Shown in pieces: positions 63,269 through 64,000 of a stretch of DNA of 64,000 nt. Source of the DNA: an uncultured Rikenellaceae bacterium. GTDB taxonomy: Bacteria; Bacteroidota; Bacteroidia; Bacteroidales; VadinHA17. The translations under genes and the position numbers were made by a program. The stretch spans positions 22,165-86,164 of the forward strand of contig CAZQRQ010000006.1 in NCBI GenBank assembly GCA_964595725.1, in the 5' to 3' direction. A model generated the notes under the pieces. It saw only the letters and a program-made list of their open reading frames with translations, ran no database searches and had not been told where the DNA came from. Within the stretch, counting starts at the first letter, position 1. Every line of letters begins with the position of its first letter.

Positions 63269-64000
63269 ATGAAAAATGAAGTATACGACTATAACAAGGA
63301 TAACGAACAAAATGATAACGGCATATATAACCTTAAAAGAAGGGATTTCTTCAAGGTACTTGGCGGTGGTATGATTATTTTCTTCAGACCATGGGATGCT
63401 GCAGCTATTATGGCTGAACCGGCAGAGCAGGCCAGGTCGCTGACAAAGGACTATACCGCTTTCCTTCATATTGCCGGGGATGGAATGGTTACCTGTTATA
63501 CCGGGAAGATAGAAATGGGCCAGGGCATTATTACATCACTGGCAATGCAAATGGCAGAAGAGCTGAATGTGGAGTATGAAAAAGTGAAGATGGTGATGGG
63601 GGATACAGACCTGTGTCCCTATGACCAGGGTACCTGGGGGTCACTGACAACACGACAATTCGGTCCCAACATGAGGGCAGCGGCGGCCGAGGCAAAAGGA
63701 GTCCTTGTGGAAATGGCATCAGAAGAGATGAAAGTTCCGACAGAGCAGCTTGACGTGAAGGACGGAGTCGTTTTTGATACCAGGAATCCCTCGAAAAAAA
63801 TCTCTTATGGTCAACTGACACAGGGTAAGAAACTTGAGAAATACCTTGATGTCAAACCCCCAGTTGAAGACGTATCGGAATTTACGTATGTGAGTAAACC
63901 ATACTACCGTGCAGATTCATACCTTAAAGTAACCGGTAAGGCAAAATATACAGGCGACCTTAAGTTGCCGGGCATGCTCTTTGCCAGGATACTGAGGCCT
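63269..64000 (+). CDS. molybdopterin-binding large subunit (IorB/CoxL/aldehyde oxidase family), 3'-truncated by the window end
   Basis: This is my own translation from ATG 63269. It is absent from the ORF track because no stop lies inside the window. It reads MKNEVYDYNKDNEQNDNGIYNLKRRDFFKVLGGG.., with a twin-arginine signal, then GKIEMGQGIITSLAMQMAEEL and GDTDLCPYDQGTWGS. The frame stays open for all 244 codons to position 64000. Confidence 0.8.
   Translation, partial: MKNEVYDYNKDNEQNDNGIYNLKRRDFFKVLGGGMIIFFRPWDAAAIMAEPAEQARSLTKDYTAFLHIAGDGMVTCYTGKIEMGQGIITSLAMQMAEELNVEYEKVKMVMGDTDLCPYDQGTWGSLTTRQFGPNMRAAAAEAKGVLVEMASEEMKVPTEQLDVKDGVVFDTRNPSKKISYGQLTQGKKLEKYLDVKPPVEDVSEFTYVSKPYYRADSYLKVTGKAKYTGDLKLPGMLFARILRP

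Noticed and set aside
1-64000. Search for CRISPR arrays, tRNA/rRNA genes, transposases, integrases, phage genes, toxin-antitoxin pairs or known defence-system signatures
   Set aside because: None seen. There are no spaced direct-repeat arrays and no recombinase or transposase motifs in any ORF. Gene content is metabolic or housekeeping throughout.

Overview
The window looks like an ordinary chromosomal segment from an anaerobic Bacteroidota-like bacterium. Supporting this: a TonB-dependent receptor, Bacteroidota-type lipoprotein and signal peptides, DUF3127, and AT-rich intergenic spacers. I found no transposase, integrase, CRISPR array, tRNA or rRNA. Housekeeping genes (purL, dcp, tkt, two PPIases, dinB, cysHDN, a Mo-hydroxylase cluster) surround a dense redox/hydrogen region. 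(1) At 263-3537 there is an Hdr-like set: an HdrA-like flavoprotein, an HdrC-like FeS protein and a membrane-anchored FeS/CCG protein. (2) At 23293-36023, on the minus strand, there is an 18-gene operon. It encodes a group-4 (Mbh/Ech-type) [NiFe] hydrogenase core fused to a complete MrpA-G antiporter module. The operon opens with an AsrA/AsrB-like (sulfhydrogenase beta/gamma-like) FAD/NAD(P)-FeS pair plus a HycB-like ferredoxin, and ends with a maturation endopeptidase and an unknown Zn-ribbon protein. (3) Divergently transcribed from it is a rex-hypFCDEAB operon. Two near-identical Rex-type palindromes in the shared intergenic region flank the two start codons. (4) At 45389-48826 there is a HydABC-like [FeFe] hydrogenase with a minimal NuoF-like subunit. 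Its H-cluster L1 motif reads TSCSPGW, so the proton-relay Cys is replaced by Ser. The best candidate for an undescribed system is the Rex-linked, NAD(P)H-module-containing, Mrp-coupled [NiFe] hydrogenase. Other notable items are a GNAT-deacetylase fusion protein, a TonB receptor translationally coupled to a TPR/PP2C sensor phosphatase, an APS-reductase-type cysH, and a Mo-enzyme large-subunit ORF that runs off the window end and is missing from the ORF track. All calls rest on motif recognition by eye. No database search was run.
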